DNA of 64,000 nucleotides, taken from the IMG/VR virus record IMGVR_UViG_3300018876_000008, positions 64,001-128,000 of that record; one strand, 5' to 3'. The translations under genes and the position numbers were made by a program. The notes beneath the pieces were generated by a model. It saw nothing but the letters and a program-made list of their open reading frames with translations, did not search any database and was not told the origin of the DNA. The DNA comes from a virus. This document shows, in pieces, positions 28,145 through 39,304 of the stretch (position 1 is its first letter; the number at the start of each line of letters is the position of its first letter).

Positions 28145-28753
28145 ATGAGTTGTCCAAGTAAAGAACAGATAGAGTTTACAGTTAAATCCAAAGGGTATAA
28201 ATGGTTTGAGAGTGGTAACTACAATGTTAATATTGTTGGAGTTAGGAATTCTTCTACTTTGAATGATGTTACCAACCAATTTGATGATTGTATGACAATT
28301 AGTTATATGGTTAATGGGATTTGGAATTATAATTGTTTTAAATGTACCACCGACCCTGGTCGTTATTGGGTTGAGGACCCGATGAATGATTCGGGGTGTG
28401 CTATTTTAAAACCTGGCCAATACAGGGGAGCGTATCAAGTTGGATTACATAAGAATGATTATGAGGCTTTGTGTCAGGTTAAACCTGTTGAAGTATATAG
28501 AGACAATGATTTGGATGACGAATATGATTTGAATGATGCCACCGTTCAACGTGGATTGTTTGGTATTAATATACATAGAGCTACTTCCATCCCTGGTAAT
28601 GTTTCCACTCAGATTGATAAATGGTCTGCGGGGTGTCAGGTGATTGCTTCTTATGATGAATACCAAATCTTTATGTCCATTTGTAATGCTGCCAAAAACA
28701 TATGGGGTAATTCATTCACCTATACTCTTATAAATTCGGATGATTTATTATAA
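28145..28753 (+). CDS. L,D-transpeptidase-like (YkuD-type) peptidoglycan enzyme
   Basis: TTDPG, L.PGQY, GINIHRA...WSAGCQV His/Cys motif. Confidence 0.6.
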   Translation: MSCPSKEQIEFTVKSKGYKWFESGNYNVNIVGVRNSSTLNDVTNQFDDCMTISYMVNGIWNYNCFKCTTDPGRYWVEDPMNDSGCAILKPGQYRGAYQVGLHKNDYEALCQVKPVEVYRDNDLDDEYDLNDATVQRGLFGINIHRATSIPGNVSTQIDKWSAGCQVIASYDEYQIFMSICNAAKNIWGNSFTYTLINSDDLL

Positions 28754-28758
28754 CCTGT

Positions 28759-29085
28759 ATGGTAAACGTTAAAGATATACTCGATAAATTAATTGATGGT
28801 TTGTATGTTGATGTTGTGGATGGTCTTCTTAAAGACTATGTTATTAAACAATATCCCAACAAAGGTCCCCTTGTTGTTCATGCGTTATTGAATAATGATA
28901 CCTATTGGAAGGATGGACCCAATGGTAACGGTGGATGGTACAATCTTAAAGAGATGAAAGAAAGAATAGGTAATCTTATGAGGTATGTAAACCTTGAAGT
29001 TGTTGATGTTGAGGTTGTTCCTTACTTTGATAATTCTCCTGAGGATATGTTAGAATGGGAAAAATTAATTAGTGATGAAAGATAA
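28759..29085 (+). CDS. Hypothetical protein
   Basis: Similar in size and motifs to next ORF (L.KDY, MRYV/MKYV, DNSPE/DDNPE). Confidence 0.6.
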   Translation: MVNVKDILDKLIDGLYVDVVDGLLKDYVIKQYPNKGPLVVHALLNNDTYWKDGPNGNGGWYNLKEMKERIGNLMRYVNLEVVDVEVVPYFDNSPEDMLEWEKLISDER

Positions 29086-29398
29086 ATATAAAACGGTCCG
29101 TTCTGTGATTGATAATTTATTGGATGAACATACTAAAGACCTCATCAAAGATTATCACGTTGAAATCGTCCCATTTGTTGGGGATTCTTTTAGTGTCAAT
29201 CTTTATGTGTTGATTGATTCGGAGTATTATAACTCTTACGATTCCATAACCAAGTATTCTCAGATAATTCAGATGGATAAAAACCTTAAAGCCATTATGA
29301 AATACGTTTCTCCACTAAAATATGAGAGGTATCTTTTTATGGACGATAACCCCGAACAAGTGAAAAGATACCACAAAATTATCGGTCAGACAGAATAA
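29072..29398 (+). CDS. Hypothetical protein, probable paralog of 28759..29085
   Basis: Shared motifs and tandem arrangement. Confidence 0.6.
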   Translation: MMKDKYKTVRSVIDNLLDEHTKDLIKDYHVEIVPFVGDSFSVNLYVLIDSEYYNSYDSITKYSQIIQMDKNLKAIMKYVSPLKYERYLFMDDNPEQVKRYHKIIGQTE

Positions 29399-29448
29399 AA
29401 AAAACCCCAACTATTAAGAAGGGGTTTCTAATTGTGACAGATTTGGTT

Positions 29449-29868
29449 TTACTCGCCAATAATATACTTCCATGAATCATTAATTTCTTCCATTAATGTT
29501 TCCTCGTTATATGTATCTGAGTGTAATCCTGATGCGATGGTTAAACGATATCTCTCAATGAACAATTTCTTGTTATCATTATCAAGGTTTTCGAATTCTT
29601 CCATCCACCATCTTCCAAAGTCCATTAACCATTCATCAATATCTTCATAGAACTCTTTTTCACTTTCCTCAAGGTTATTGTACTCTTCGGTTAGTGATTC
29701 GTATCTATCAGGGAAGGCTTCTCGAAACCATTCTCCCATTAATGATTCGATAGTAATAGTCATGTCTTCGTGTAAGTATGCGAAATCAAGCATTCCCCAT
29801 AAGTTTTCATCCAGTTTCTTCAACTGTCCGTCTAAATCTGACTCGTCAATGTAAAATCTCTGTGGCAT
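29449..29868 (-). CDS. Acidic hypothetical protein
   Basis: ORF ending at bidirectional hairpin 29401-29428. Confidence 0.6.
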   Translation of the reverse strand: MPQRFYIDESDLDGQLKKLDENLWGMLDFAYLHEDMTITIESLMGEWFREAFPDRYESLTEEYNNLEESEKEFYEDIDEWLMDFGRWWMEEFENLDNDNKKLFIERYRLTIASGLHSDTYNEETLMEEINDSWKYIIGE

Positions 29869-30096
29869 AATATTATTTTTTATTAATTAGTTAATTGTAT
29901 AAAATTTTATTTAATCTTTGGTAGTATAATATAAAATTAATTTTAATAAGACAAGTCATCTATTAAAGTTTTTTGAAATATATATATTTGATGGAAAAAA
30001 GAAAAATAGATATTAGTAAGAGTTTATACGTAACAATTATGGTTGTGGTTTACATTTTATCAATTTAATGATATTTATAAATAAAAACGGTTTAAG

Positions 30097-30735
30097 ATGA
30101 AAAAAGTAATTAAATTAACAGAATCTGATTTAGAAAATATTATCCAAAAAGTTCTTACTGAAAAGACTATGGGAGAAGTGCCAGGTGAACATCCACTATG
30201 TAAAGTTAAGTGTAAGAAAAAAGTATTAGGTAAAGGTAATGTCGGTGTCGATGTTAAAATGGTACAAAGTGCTTTATCTAAGTGTGGATTTAACAAAGAA
30301 AAAGAAGGTGGTGGTATGAACGCCGGTTGTGGTAAAGACTACAAAAAATGTGACGGTAAGTTTGATGTTGAAACTCAAAAAGCTGTTCGTGAATTTCAAA
30401 AAGATAGAGGTATTACAATCGATGGACTTGTTGGACCAAGAACATTAGAAGAATTGACAAAAGGTCAAGACTCGTGTTTGGCACCTTTCAAATGTAACTG
30501 TAAACAAAAAACAAGAGGAGACAAAGAGGGTACTATTCCCGGCACAGGTGTTGTTCCCGCTCCAGGAGATAAGGTTTCAATAAGTTGTAAGAAATCAATA
30601 TCATGTTTTGAAAAACATAAAGACGCATGTGGATTAGCTAAATGTTTAGGAATATGTATACCTGACAATATGTGTAGTACTAAGAAAGATTATCCAATTA
30701 GTGACTTCCCACCAAAATATAGATTTGACGTTTAA
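30097..30735 (+). CDS. Peptidoglycan-binding-domain protein with LTESDL leader, Cys-rich
   Basis: G.DVKMVQSAL...DGKF..ETQKAVREFQ...I.IDGLVGPRT. Confidence 0.75.
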   Translation: MKKVIKLTESDLENIIQKVLTEKTMGEVPGEHPLCKVKCKKKVLGKGNVGVDVKMVQSALSKCGFNKEKEGGGMNAGCGKDYKKCDGKFDVETQKAVREFQKDRGITIDGLVGPRTLEELTKGQDSCLAPFKCNCKQKTRGDKEGTIPGTGVVPAPGDKVSISCKKSISCFEKHKDACGLAKCLGICIPDNMCSTKKDYPISDFPPKYRFDV

Positions 30736-30806
30736 CGACAATATTTAATAGATTAAAAACCCTCATAGAAATATGGGGGTTTTATTTTTATAAGATATTT
30801 ATAGAT

Positions 30807-31274
30807 ATGGAGTTCAACGTATTCAAAGATAAATTTAGTAAAGTGATTTTCTTAGTCACTGCAATTGGTGCAACTATTACACTAATCAACTATGTTGGTC
30901 CTGTTATTAATTATGCTAATGATTTAAATGACCTTGTTCAACAGTATGAACAAATAAATGAATCCTTAGAAAGAATGGACAAACATATTGACCAATACGA
31001 ACAAGATAGGTCTAATAAGAAAAAAAGTTTTTCAATCGGACTGAGAAGTGATACAGAATCGGGTCAAGTTATTTATGTTGATGAAAATAATGGTATTTAT
31101 AGAGCCTTTTTAGATAAGACAACTAAGCAGTATTTTTATTATGATATTGAAGGTATTGCTGTTTACTGTTATACAAAAAAACCAGTGAGAGGTGAGGAAC
31201 GTCACGTTGAGATTAAACCTCTTATTATTCCTGATACTGTTATTATTAATAACTTAGATTCAATACAGAGGTAG
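30807..31274 (+). CDS. Membrane-anchored coiled-coil protein
   Basis: N-terminal TM plus heptad region; ATATTTAT 4 nt upstream. Confidence 0.55.
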   Translation: MEFNVFKDKFSKVIFLVTAIGATITLINYVGPVINYANDLNDLVQQYEQINESLERMDKHIDQYEQDRSNKKKSFSIGLRSDTESGQVIYVDENNGIYRAFLDKTTKQYFYYDIEGIAVYCYTKKPVRGEERHVEIKPLIIPDTVIINNLDSIQR

Positions 31275-31317
31275 GTTTTTCCATTTAACCGATATTTATT
31301 AATAAAACAATTAGACT

Positions 31318-31782
31318 ATGAAACATTTATTAAATGACATGAGCCAAGATGAAATGAATTCTATTCGTGAACAACATACTGGCGGTAAAGAATTAACAAT
31401 TGAGAATTTCTCAGAAATGGTTAACAAAAAATTAGGAGAAGTACCAACATTAGTTACTGAATCAGAATTAGAAGAACAAGGTTTAGGTGCTAGAATGAGA
31501 GCTAATAAAGAAGCTAGAAAACAATCTAAAGAAGCTAACAGAAAATACGATAATTGGGCACGTTCTAAAGGTAAAATACTTTCATACAACCGTGATTTTA
31601 TTAAACGTATTGGTAAATTTCAGGAACAACTAAAAAAAGATTACGTTATTGGTGACAGTTTAAAACTTAGTAAAGATTCACAAATGTTTGAAAAATATCT
31701 TAAAAGTGTTGACGATATGAGAAAGACTTTACAGGCCGCTGAAGAACAAATCAAAAAGTTAGAATTCGACCCTAACAAGTAA
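31318..31782 (+). CDS. Hypothetical protein with leader
   Basis: MKHLLNDMSQDEMNSIREQH; ATATTTAT at 31292. Confidence 0.65.
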   Translation: MKHLLNDMSQDEMNSIREQHTGGKELTIENFSEMVNKKLGEVPTLVTESELEEQGLGARMRANKEARKQSKEANRKYDNWARSKGKILSYNRDFIKRIGKFQEQLKKDYVIGDSLKLSKDSQMFEKYLKSVDDMRKTLQAAEEQIKKLEFDPNK

Positions 31783-31864
31783 TGACTTGGAAAATTCTTT
31801 TCCTTTTTAGTCTTATAATTATAATTTATGGTTATTGGGTAGATTCCAAACACGAATAATTATT

Positions 31865-32137
31865 ATGAAAAACTTACTTAAGATAGATGAGTCCGAGAAA
31901 AAAAGAATCTTAGGATTACATGAAAATGTTTTACCTAAAAAGGTAAACCTATCTGAACAATGGTGGGAAGAAGAACCACCAAAAGATAAGTGGCAATTAC
32001 TTGAAATGGACATTAGAAAAAGTATGGATAAGATAATTGATAACCATAAACATAATTGGGGAAATGACCAATATAATGTTATGGGTGCCATTGAAGAAAT
32101 AATGGAAGGTCTATTTCAAAAAGTACAAATAAGGTAA
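31865..32137 (+). CDS. Hypothetical protein with IDESEK leader
   Basis: MKNLLKIDESEKKRILGLHE. Confidence 0.65.
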   Translation: MKNLLKIDESEKKRILGLHENVLPKKVNLSEQWWEEEPPKDKWQLLEMDIRKSMDKIIDNHKHNWGNDQYNVMGAIEEIMEGLFQKVQIR

Positions 32138-32210
32138 TAAAAATAAAAACCCAACTTATTGTTGGGTTTTTTTATGTAATTAATCTTCGTATTCACCGTT
32201 CCACATCATT

Positions 32211-32531
32211 CTATTTTTTAAATTCATCTTCATCAACATCTTTAACTATATCATTAAGTACCATATCTAACGCATGTTCTTCATCCCATTCGTTTTCCTC
32301 TTCTTTACAATTTTCGTGAACTTCATTAATTACTCCTTTAAAGTGAACATGTTCTTTAGGTAAGTAGATACTTGCTAAGATTTCAATGACAGTCGCCACA
32401 AAAGCTATAACTGCAGTTATGTAAGCTGATTCATAAAGAGCTGAGAAAAATTCAACTACATGAAATAGTGAATGTAACCTTAATCCCCATCTTATGAAAC
32501 TTACTAATATTTTATTGTGAGAATCTTTCAC
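32211..32531 (-). CDS. Membrane protein, hypothetical
   Basis: Hydrophobic helices with His residues. Confidence 0.5.
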   Translation of the reverse strand: MKDSHNKILVSFIRWGLRLHSLFHVVEFFSALYESAYITAVIAFVATVIEILASIYLPKEHVHFKGVINEVHENCKEEENEWDEEHALDMVLNDIVKDVDEDEFKK

Positions 32532-32796
32532 TACCTAACATATATTTTAACACAGATTGAGGTATTCCTGAATTTGTGAATTGGTTTAATTTTGCTAACG
32601 CTTGAGTTACATCATAAGCAAGTATAGAAACGGTCTTTTCCACCTTACCGTCAAGGTAAGTACATTGATAAATTAAATTATCTTTTACTTTTGAAGTACC
32701 TAATAATTTAATTTCTATTACTACGGCATCTCTACCTAACTCCGTAAGTGACTCACGGAATTCTTGCTCTTCTTTTTTGTATTTTTTTCTAATCAT
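32512..32796 (-). CDS. Hypothetical protein
   Basis: ORF in minus-strand run. Confidence 0.55.
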   Translation of the reverse strand: MIRKKYKKEEQEFRESLTELGRDAVVIEIKLLGTSKVKDNLIYQCTYLDGKVEKTVSILAYDVTQALAKLNQFTNSGIPQSVLKYMLGSERFSQ

Positions 32797-33236
32797 TTTT
32801 TTCTCTAATTTTTTTATAGGCTAATTCGTAAACATCTTCTAATAACATATTAGGATGTTTGTCTCTAATATTAGAAACGTTATTAAATAACTCCATACGC
32901 TTATTTAAATAATACGCTTCATAAACTAATTCTTCAATTCTATTACTCATTTTTTTACATTAATGGACCAGCACTACAAGTGTGAATTGCAGCTTTGATT
33001 CTTTGTTCTTCCATCCATTTAATGAACTTCCAAAATTCAACTATCTTTTTGACTATTTTCATCATTTAATTTTTTTTGGTCAGTAAACGTCACAAATAAA
33101 CCTCCGACCATAATACCTACACCGAGACCATACATAAACATTTCCATTATTCTATTTTTTTACAAATGTAATAAAAAGTGTCCTAAATAAAAAGAATATA
33201 CGATATTTTTTTTTATTTGTTTCAATATTTATAGGT

Positions 33237-34232
33237 ATGAGTTTATATGATGAGATAATAGATTACATTAAAGGGAGAGTTTACCATAGGGAAAATAATC
33301 TTGAATGGGAAGAACACGACATGGAGTATAATCACCCATTAGCAGGTATTGAAAAATCTCATATTTTTAATGCTGATGGAGTCCCTTCTTTCGATATTAA
33401 TAAAATTGGAGAGATGAGTGATGATGAGTTAGAAAATATTCAAAAGTATTTTAACGACTTTGAGACCGCTAATAGATTTAGGGTGAGGACCAATTATGGT
33501 GAGGGTGATGAATTAACTTTTAGGTATTACACAAATAATGACTACATTATACCATTCGCAAGTGTAGCTTACTTTCGTGAAGTACGAAATAATGTAGTTC
33601 AAGAGTTAAGAGAAAGACAAATGAAAAGGCGTAATCAAAATGCTAATGATTTAATCCCTATACTTAATAAATTTATTGAAAAACATAGTAAAAATAATCC
33701 TACATTATATCCTGATTGGTTAACTTTTAATTTTTATGAGGTAAGTTATGGTGATTTGATAGCCCAACCAGTTGTAGATATAGAAAAATTATTAAAATCT
33801 GGAGACAAACTTAGTATTGCAAAAAATACAAGAACTCTTTTAGAGAGAATATGGAATAGACTTTTAAATTCAGACACCTACCGTTCATATCAGGACACTT
33901 CACTTAATCAAGTAAAACCTAAATTACGTTTTACTAACGTTAAGTTTGATGGTTGGAACTCTTATATGAAAAATGTTGTTAATAAAGAGATAAAACCAGC
34001 CATAAAAAACCTTCCGAGAGCGAAAGAATGTGTCCATTCAATAATTTTTAGATTTAGAGGAGGTATCGATTATATAGAAATACAAATTCACCCAAGATTT
34101 AGGAAAGACTGTACTGATAATTATTGGAATCGATTCAATACTTACGATTTTAAAAATCAAATGAGAGAAGTTTTGGATGGTTATGGATGGAAACGAAATA
34201 TAAACTATTCAGATAGTACTTGGAGAGACTAA
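33237..34232 (+). CDS. Hypothetical protein
   Basis: 331 aa ORF; ATATTTAT 4 nt upstream. Confidence 0.7.
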   Translation: MSLYDEIIDYIKGRVYHRENNLEWEEHDMEYNHPLAGIEKSHIFNADGVPSFDINKIGEMSDDELENIQKYFNDFETANRFRVRTNYGEGDELTFRYYTNNDYIIPFASVAYFREVRNNVVQELRERQMKRRNQNANDLIPILNKFIEKHSKNNPTLYPDWLTFNFYEVSYGDLIAQPVVDIEKLLKSGDKLSIAKNTRTLLERIWNRLLNSDTYRSYQDTSLNQVKPKLRFTNVKFDGWNSYMKNVVNKEIKPAIKNLPRAKECVHSIIFRFRGGIDYIEIQIHPRFRKDCTDNYWNRFNTYDFKNQMREVLDGYGWKRNINYSDSTWRD

Positions 34233-34236
34233 TAGT

Positions 34237-34875
34237 ATGGATTATAAGGACAAAATAGACGCTTTATTGAAATTTTGGGAACGTACAGGTTCTCCAAGGA
34301 TAAAAGATACTCTATTTTTCGGATGGAAATTTGAAAATATGGGACAATATTTAGATGTTTTGGGTAAATATTATGGAATTAGTGATATGAAACAACATAT
34401 GATTAACGAATATAACGAAATCCTTAAAAAATATGACAAATGTGAGTCAAATTTAGCGTTAGAACAGTGGAATGTTGAAGATTATCCCATGAGTGTACCA
34501 TATAATGGATGGGGAGGTAAGCCAACACAACACGTATACTATGATTATGACAAAAATTGGGAATTTCCGACTGAATGGTTTGAACAAAGTATAGAAATAC
34601 TTATTGATGATTCCGAAACTTACTCATCAGACGTAGAAGAGACTTTAGAACACATCGAAGGGGAAGTAACAAATTATATTTATGACTCATATGATGATAT
34701 TTGTGTTTCTGAAGCAATTAATAAAGCTCATCAATACATATATAAAAAATACGGACTATCTAGTAACATGGTAACAGGTCTTAGAGACTATGAGATACTT
34801 GATAAAATCGCTGAAAGAGAATCCGAAAAGGCTAAAAAGAGATTTTTAGAAACATATAACTTAAAGAAACTTTAA
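34237..34875 (+). CDS. Hypothetical protein
   Basis: Co-oriented, 4 nt gap. Confidence 0.65.
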   Translation: MDYKDKIDALLKFWERTGSPRIKDTLFFGWKFENMGQYLDVLGKYYGISDMKQHMINEYNEILKKYDKCESNLALEQWNVEDYPMSVPYNGWGGKPTQHVYYDYDKNWEFPTEWFEQSIEILIDDSETYSSDVEETLEHIEGEVTNYIYDSYDDICVSEAINKAHQYIYKKYGLSSNMVTGLRDYEILDKIAERESEKAKKRFLETYNLKKL

Positions 34876-34919
34876 ATTTATATAAAAACACCTAATTTTG
34901 TTCATAAATTACAAATTTT

Positions 34920-35264
34920 ATGAATAAATTACTATTAGGTTTCATTCTTTTCTTTATTGGACAAGCCGCAATATGGTTCCAAACCAACGGACAGTTCGTT
35001 TGGCCTTGGTTTAAGAAAAATCCTCTATTAATATCAATTTTTATGGGTTCAAGTATTAGTTATGTGTTAATCTACGCAACAAGATTCATGGTTGAACACT
35101 TTGATGGTCTATTATGGCCAGGTAGATTCATCGCATTTGGTTCAGGTATCATTTCTTTTACATTTTTAACTTGGTATTTCTTAGGTGAGGGTATTACAAC
35201 CAAAACTATCGTGTCTTTGTTCTTAGCGTGTAGTCTGATAGGTATACAACTTTTTTGGAAATAA
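34920..35264 (+). CDS. Four-TM membrane protein (DMT/SMR-like)
   Basis: Four hydrophobic helices, WYFLGEGIT. Confidence 0.55.
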   Translation: MNKLLLGFILFFIGQAAIWFQTNGQFVWPWFKKNPLLISIFMGSSISYVLIYATRFMVEHFDGLLWPGRFIAFGSGIISFTFLTWYFLGEGITTKTIVSLFLACSLIGIQLFWK

Positions 35265-35310
35265 GTTTTTAAATGAAAACTTAGATATTTATAGTAAAAC
35301 ACTATAAATT

Positions 35311-35574
35311 ATGAAGAAAATTGTGGATTGGGTCTGTGGACTACTTAAAGATGAGAAAGGAACACCATCATCAAAAAGATTTATTGGTATAATATCAGGA
35401 TTATCACTTTGTGTGGCTTTATTTATCAATTTATACACAGAACAACCCGTTGAACCTACACTTGTACAAGCAGTCGCTGCGATTTGTATTGGTGGATTAG
35501 GATTAGCGTCTGCAGATAAGATATGGGGTAAACATAAGCCTTGGGGTGACAAGAATTCAAACGAACATGAGTAA
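35311..35574 (+). CDS. Small two-TM protein, holin-like
   Basis: D..G.PSSKRF motif then two TM helices; ATATTTAT at 35285. Confidence 0.5.
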   Translation: MKKIVDWVCGLLKDEKGTPSSKRFIGIISGLSLCVALFINLYTEQPVEPTLVQAVAAICIGGLGLASADKIWGKHKPWGDKNSNEHE

Positions 35575-36886
35575 AAAAATACAATTAACAGAACAAGAAG
35601 TGTCCTCAATTAGAGGATTATACCCATTAGTTAACGAAAAAGTACTTAATGAACAAAGTGTATATGAAAAAATTAAGAAATCTTATAGTGAGCCTTGTAG
35701 TGGTAGTAATGAAATAAAAAAACCTGTAGTAAATGTTAAGGTAGTATTTGATAAAGAGGGTATACCTATCAGGGCTAACTTTTTTTTAAAGGGATATTTT
35801 GGTGCCACTAAGAGTGCCGATGAAGTTTACAAATCAGCATTACTACAAATGAAAGAAAAAATATTCGCAGAACTAAAGGCTAAACGAGTTATAGGTAACT
35901 ATGATTTAGGTTTGGTCTTTATTAAAAAAGTTATAGGTTCTGCAAGTAATTTCTTAAATGGACCACTTCTTCCCACACATAGTTTGTACGGTAAACCTAT
36001 ATCACCTCAAGCTTTAACTCGTGAACCTTATAATAATTTACCTAAAGAAGGTGATTCTAATTGGAATAAAAATAAGGGATATGCTGATAGTAGATGGAAA
36101 AATATGGTTTCTTTTATAAAAAATAATGGAGACTCGATTGGTTTTTCTGTTGGAGAACAATTAAGAGACCCTAAAAATATTGAATCTAGAATCACAGACA
36201 CTGGTGGGTGTACTGACGAAAAAAGAGATATTAATAATTTCCCTAACCCTGGTCAATTTGTTGTCATTGAAGGCGTAATGAAATTAACTCCACAACCAAT
36301 GGACGATGATTTAATACAGCAATTAACCGAATGTGCTGAAGGACTTAAAATTATTGTAGGTTACTTTAATCAATCAATGAGTGCAATGGATACAGGTATT
36401 CGAATGCCACAAAATAGTAGGGGACATAAATGTGATTATGCCACATTTACTGTTTATTGTAACGATATTCCTGTAGGGGTATCAAATATGAATAACGGTG
36501 ACCAAAGAGTAAGAAGTAACAATCCAAAGGCACGTGTTGGAATAGACCAAAGTAACGTTAGATATAGAGCACCAAAAGCAGTCGGTGATACTGTCTACAG
36601 TCTAATAACGGTTGGTACTAAACAATTAGAAGAAATAATTAAAAAGAGTGCTAATGGTAGAGTGAAGATGAGAATTCAAGGAACTCCAAACACTTTATTA
36701 CGTCCGTCAACAAAAGGATATCATGGTGATGCTCCAATGGTATGCGCATATGTTGAAGAAGATAACGGAGATAAGAGAATAGTTTATGGACCTAAAGAAC
36801 CTTTTGGTGGTTCAGGAGATGTTGGACCAGGTAAGTCACAATCACTTGGTTCCTTTAATCCTTGTATAACGATAGATAAAGTTTAA
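35567..36886 (+). CDS. Hypothetical protein with LTEQEV leader
   Basis: MSKKIQLTEQEVSSIRGLYPLVNEKVLNEQ. Confidence 0.7.
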   Translation: MSKKIQLTEQEVSSIRGLYPLVNEKVLNEQSVYEKIKKSYSEPCSGSNEIKKPVVNVKVVFDKEGIPIRANFFLKGYFGATKSADEVYKSALLQMKEKIFAELKAKRVIGNYDLGLVFIKKVIGSASNFLNGPLLPTHSLYGKPISPQALTREPYNNLPKEGDSNWNKNKGYADSRWKNMVSFIKNNGDSIGFSVGEQLRDPKNIESRITDTGGCTDEKRDINNFPNPGQFVVIEGVMKLTPQPMDDDLIQQLTECAEGLKIIVGYFNQSMSAMDTGIRMPQNSRGHKCDYATFTVYCNDIPVGVSNMNNGDQRVRSNNPKARVGIDQSNVRYRAPKAVGDTVYSLITVGTKQLEEIIKKSANGRVKMRIQGTPNTLLRPSTKGYHGDAPMVCAYVEEDNGDKRIVYGPKEPFGGSGDVGPGKSQSLGSFNPCITIDKV

Positions 36887-37383
36887 GCATCTAACCACAA
36901 TACAAAAGTAGAATACACTACTTTAAAGTCATAGTTATTTTTAGTAAAGATACTATTACCACAGTTCACCGCACCTACAGTAGCTCCTTTATTTAACATT
37001 GCTTTATTGTGACCTTTAGAGACCTTCCAAGAATCTACAATTTTTTCTGCAATATCATCAATAGAATCCTCGATTCCGTTTATGGATACCATAGATACAT
37101 TTTCATTTCCTAAAATATAATCGTTATCGACAAATACCATTAGTCTGTCTGTGAATTTTGGTGTTGTACTATTTTCAGTATGTGACAACCTACCTTCTAC
37201 AATCATATATTTAGTATGAACCTCAACAGATAAAAAGGTTTTTTCACACCAAATTAATTCATTTAGTCCATTCTCAACCCTGTACTCATTGATTTTTTCG
37301 AATACTTTTAAGTCTAACGTTGTTTGTGAATACACATTTAACATTAGTATCGTAAATAATATGGTTAGTATCTTTCTTTTCAT
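36883..37383 (-). CDS. Secreted CAP/SCP-domain protein
   Basis: Signal peptide; INEYR..NGL, SH, ENV, W..S.GH..AML. Confidence 0.8.
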   Translation of the reverse strand: MKRKILTILFTILMLNVYSQTTLDLKVFEKINEYRVENGLNELIWCEKTFLSVEVHTKYMIVEGRLSHTENSTTPKFTDRLMVFVDNDYILGNENVSMVSINGIEDSIDDIAEKIVDSWKVSKGHNKAMLNKGATVGAVNCGNSIFTKNNYDFKVVYSTFVLWLDA

Positions 37384-37445
37384 ATTACAAAGATACAAAA
37401 AATATTTGAATTAAACACGATATTTATTATAAAAGAACAAACTCT

Positions 37446-37799
37446 ATGAATTGTTGGACAACAAAATTATTTAAACATTTTCAATCTTATTACGGTAAAG
37501 AAGTTAATAAGTGTCAAATAGCTTTTGAAAGTGGTGAATTTAAAAATATTATAGGTTCTATGTCAAGAACATTTATTATTGAACCTGAAGATTTTTTAAA
37601 TATCCTATTAGTTAAGACTGCACATTTTGGTAAGGAGTGTTTTAAAGATGACAAAATAGAAAGAATAAAACTTTATGATAAATGTGTTTTTATTGCCAAA
37701 AAATATAAAATAGATTTACCTAAAGATGTTGAAATGTTAATAGATGACAGAAAACAAAAAGTAGGATTGTTTAATAAACTAAAATCAATTTTTAAATAA
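37446..37799 (+). CDS. Hypothetical protein
   Basis: ATATTTAT at 37420. Confidence 0.6.
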   Translation: MNCWTTKLFKHFQSYYGKEVNKCQIAFESGEFKNIIGSMSRTFIIEPEDFLNILLVKTAHFGKECFKDDKIERIKLYDKCVFIAKKYKIDLPKDVEMLIDDRKQKVGLFNKLKSIFK

Positions 37800-38209
37800 T
37801 GAAAAAACAAGAAAAACAATACATCATTACAGAATCACAATTAAAAACGGTGATTAAAGACGTTATCAAAGAACAAGGTCTTTATGGGAACACTTCTGAC
37901 GTTGTTGATTACGATTTACCTGAATACTTATCCGATGTTATTATTTTAAGTAATTTAGAATCAATGAACGATGTTGAAAATGCGGTTAAAGAATTACATA
38001 AAAGACTTATGAGATTAGAAAAAGGTCTTGACACTGCAGGTTCACACCAAAAAGCTTACGGAACGGGTTTAAATTACGCTGAAAAAAATAAGAAAGATAA
38101 GAGGGATTTAGATAGGGATATCGAAGATAAAGCAGAGTCAGAAGAAAGAGATGAGGAACTAAGAAGAGAAATCGAAGCTCTTCAAAAGATGATTCAAAGT
38201 AATGACTAA
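37799..38209 (+). CDS. Hypothetical protein with IITESQL leader
   Basis: MKKQEKQYIITESQLKTVIKDVIKEQ. Confidence 0.65.
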   Translation: MKKQEKQYIITESQLKTVIKDVIKEQGLYGNTSDVVDYDLPEYLSDVIILSNLESMNDVENAVKELHKRLMRLEKGLDTAGSHQKAYGTGLNYAEKNKKDKRDLDRDIEDKAESEERDEELRREIEALQKMIQSND

Positions 38210-38831
38210 CAAAGAAGATTTTAAAATTGCTACCGAAAAATTATTAAATACTTTAGGTCGTGACATGGGTATTAAATACTATGGGTTTGATACTGAATAT
38301 GAAGTTGCTAGTATTGTCGATTATACTACCGGTAAAGAAATTACAGACTTTGATTTGAATGATTACGAGAATTATACTGTGATAGTTAAATCTAAAAAAC
38401 CACTTCCTGAAATATTTGATGTAAAAATTGAACCGTTATTTAGATATGGTAAGTATGCTCAACCTGAGGACTTAAAATTTAATTTAGAATATCTTACTCA
38501 ATATATAACACCAAATAGGTTAGGTATAGACCTTGTCGGACCTGAGTGGAAATATGGGGATAGTACATACGCTACTTCAAAATCTTTTGAAGAAAAATGG
38601 GGTAGAAGTTTAGAAAGGGACGCGAATGATTTTAAATTAAATCCCGATAATTGGATACTACTAAGTAATGATGTCGTTGTCGATAAATTAACTGGTGATA
38701 GTTTTCCTTTAATGTATAATGGGTTGATTGATAAAACTGAAGTATGGAACATAGCCAGAGTTGATGACGATGAGTGGTGGAATTCTTTAAATGATGAGGA
38801 TAAAGAAAAGTTAAATGATAACTTTAGTTAG
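38202..38831 (+). CDS. Hypothetical protein
   Basis: Coupled ORF. Confidence 0.6.
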   Translation: MTNKEDFKIATEKLLNTLGRDMGIKYYGFDTEYEVASIVDYTTGKEITDFDLNDYENYTVIVKSKKPLPEIFDVKIEPLFRYGKYAQPEDLKFNLEYLTQYITPNRLGIDLVGPEWKYGDSTYATSKSFEEKWGRSLERDANDFKLNPDNWILLSNDVVVDKLTGDSFPLMYNGLIDKTEVWNIARVDDDEWWNSLNDEDKEKLNDNFS

Positions 38832-39277
38832 TGAAATTGAGAACTAGCGGGTCTACCAAACATATGGTCATTCCAAATAACTTGACCTTCATCACCAATT
38901 ATAGATAATTCAATAGCCACTTTAGGTTGATTCTTACCCTTAGGTAAAATAACATTTAGTATTTGTTCAGGTATTATAATATCCGCCAAATAAAATGGGT
39001 CAATACCGTATTCCCATATTTCATTTTCTATTTCATCATAACCTTCGATTTCACCATTTTTAATCTCTTTATCAAAATTAAGTGGGATGTCAGTGTATAA
39101 TGTTACCTTAAAAATATAGTGTTCGTATTTAGTAGTGAATTGACTATTAGAAGTTTTTTCTACAAATTCAAAATCGATTGCATTAATTTCAAATTTATCT
39201 TTATAGATTGACCTTAATGTAGGGGTATTTAAAAGTACTTTACCTAACTCAACTATTTTATCTATATCTAATTCCAT
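38828..39277 (-). CDS. Hypothetical protein
   Basis: ATATTTAT 4 nt upstream on minus strand. Confidence 0.6.
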   Translation of the reverse strand: MELDIDKIVELGKVLLNTPTLRSIYKDKFEINAIDFEFVEKTSNSQFTTKYEHYIFKVTLYTDIPLNFDKEIKNGEIEGYDEIENEIWEYGIDPFYLADIIIPEQILNVILPKGKNQPKVAIELSIIGDEGQVIWNDHMFGRPASSQFH

Positions 39278-39304
39278 AACTATAAATATAACTATTTATA
39301 TATA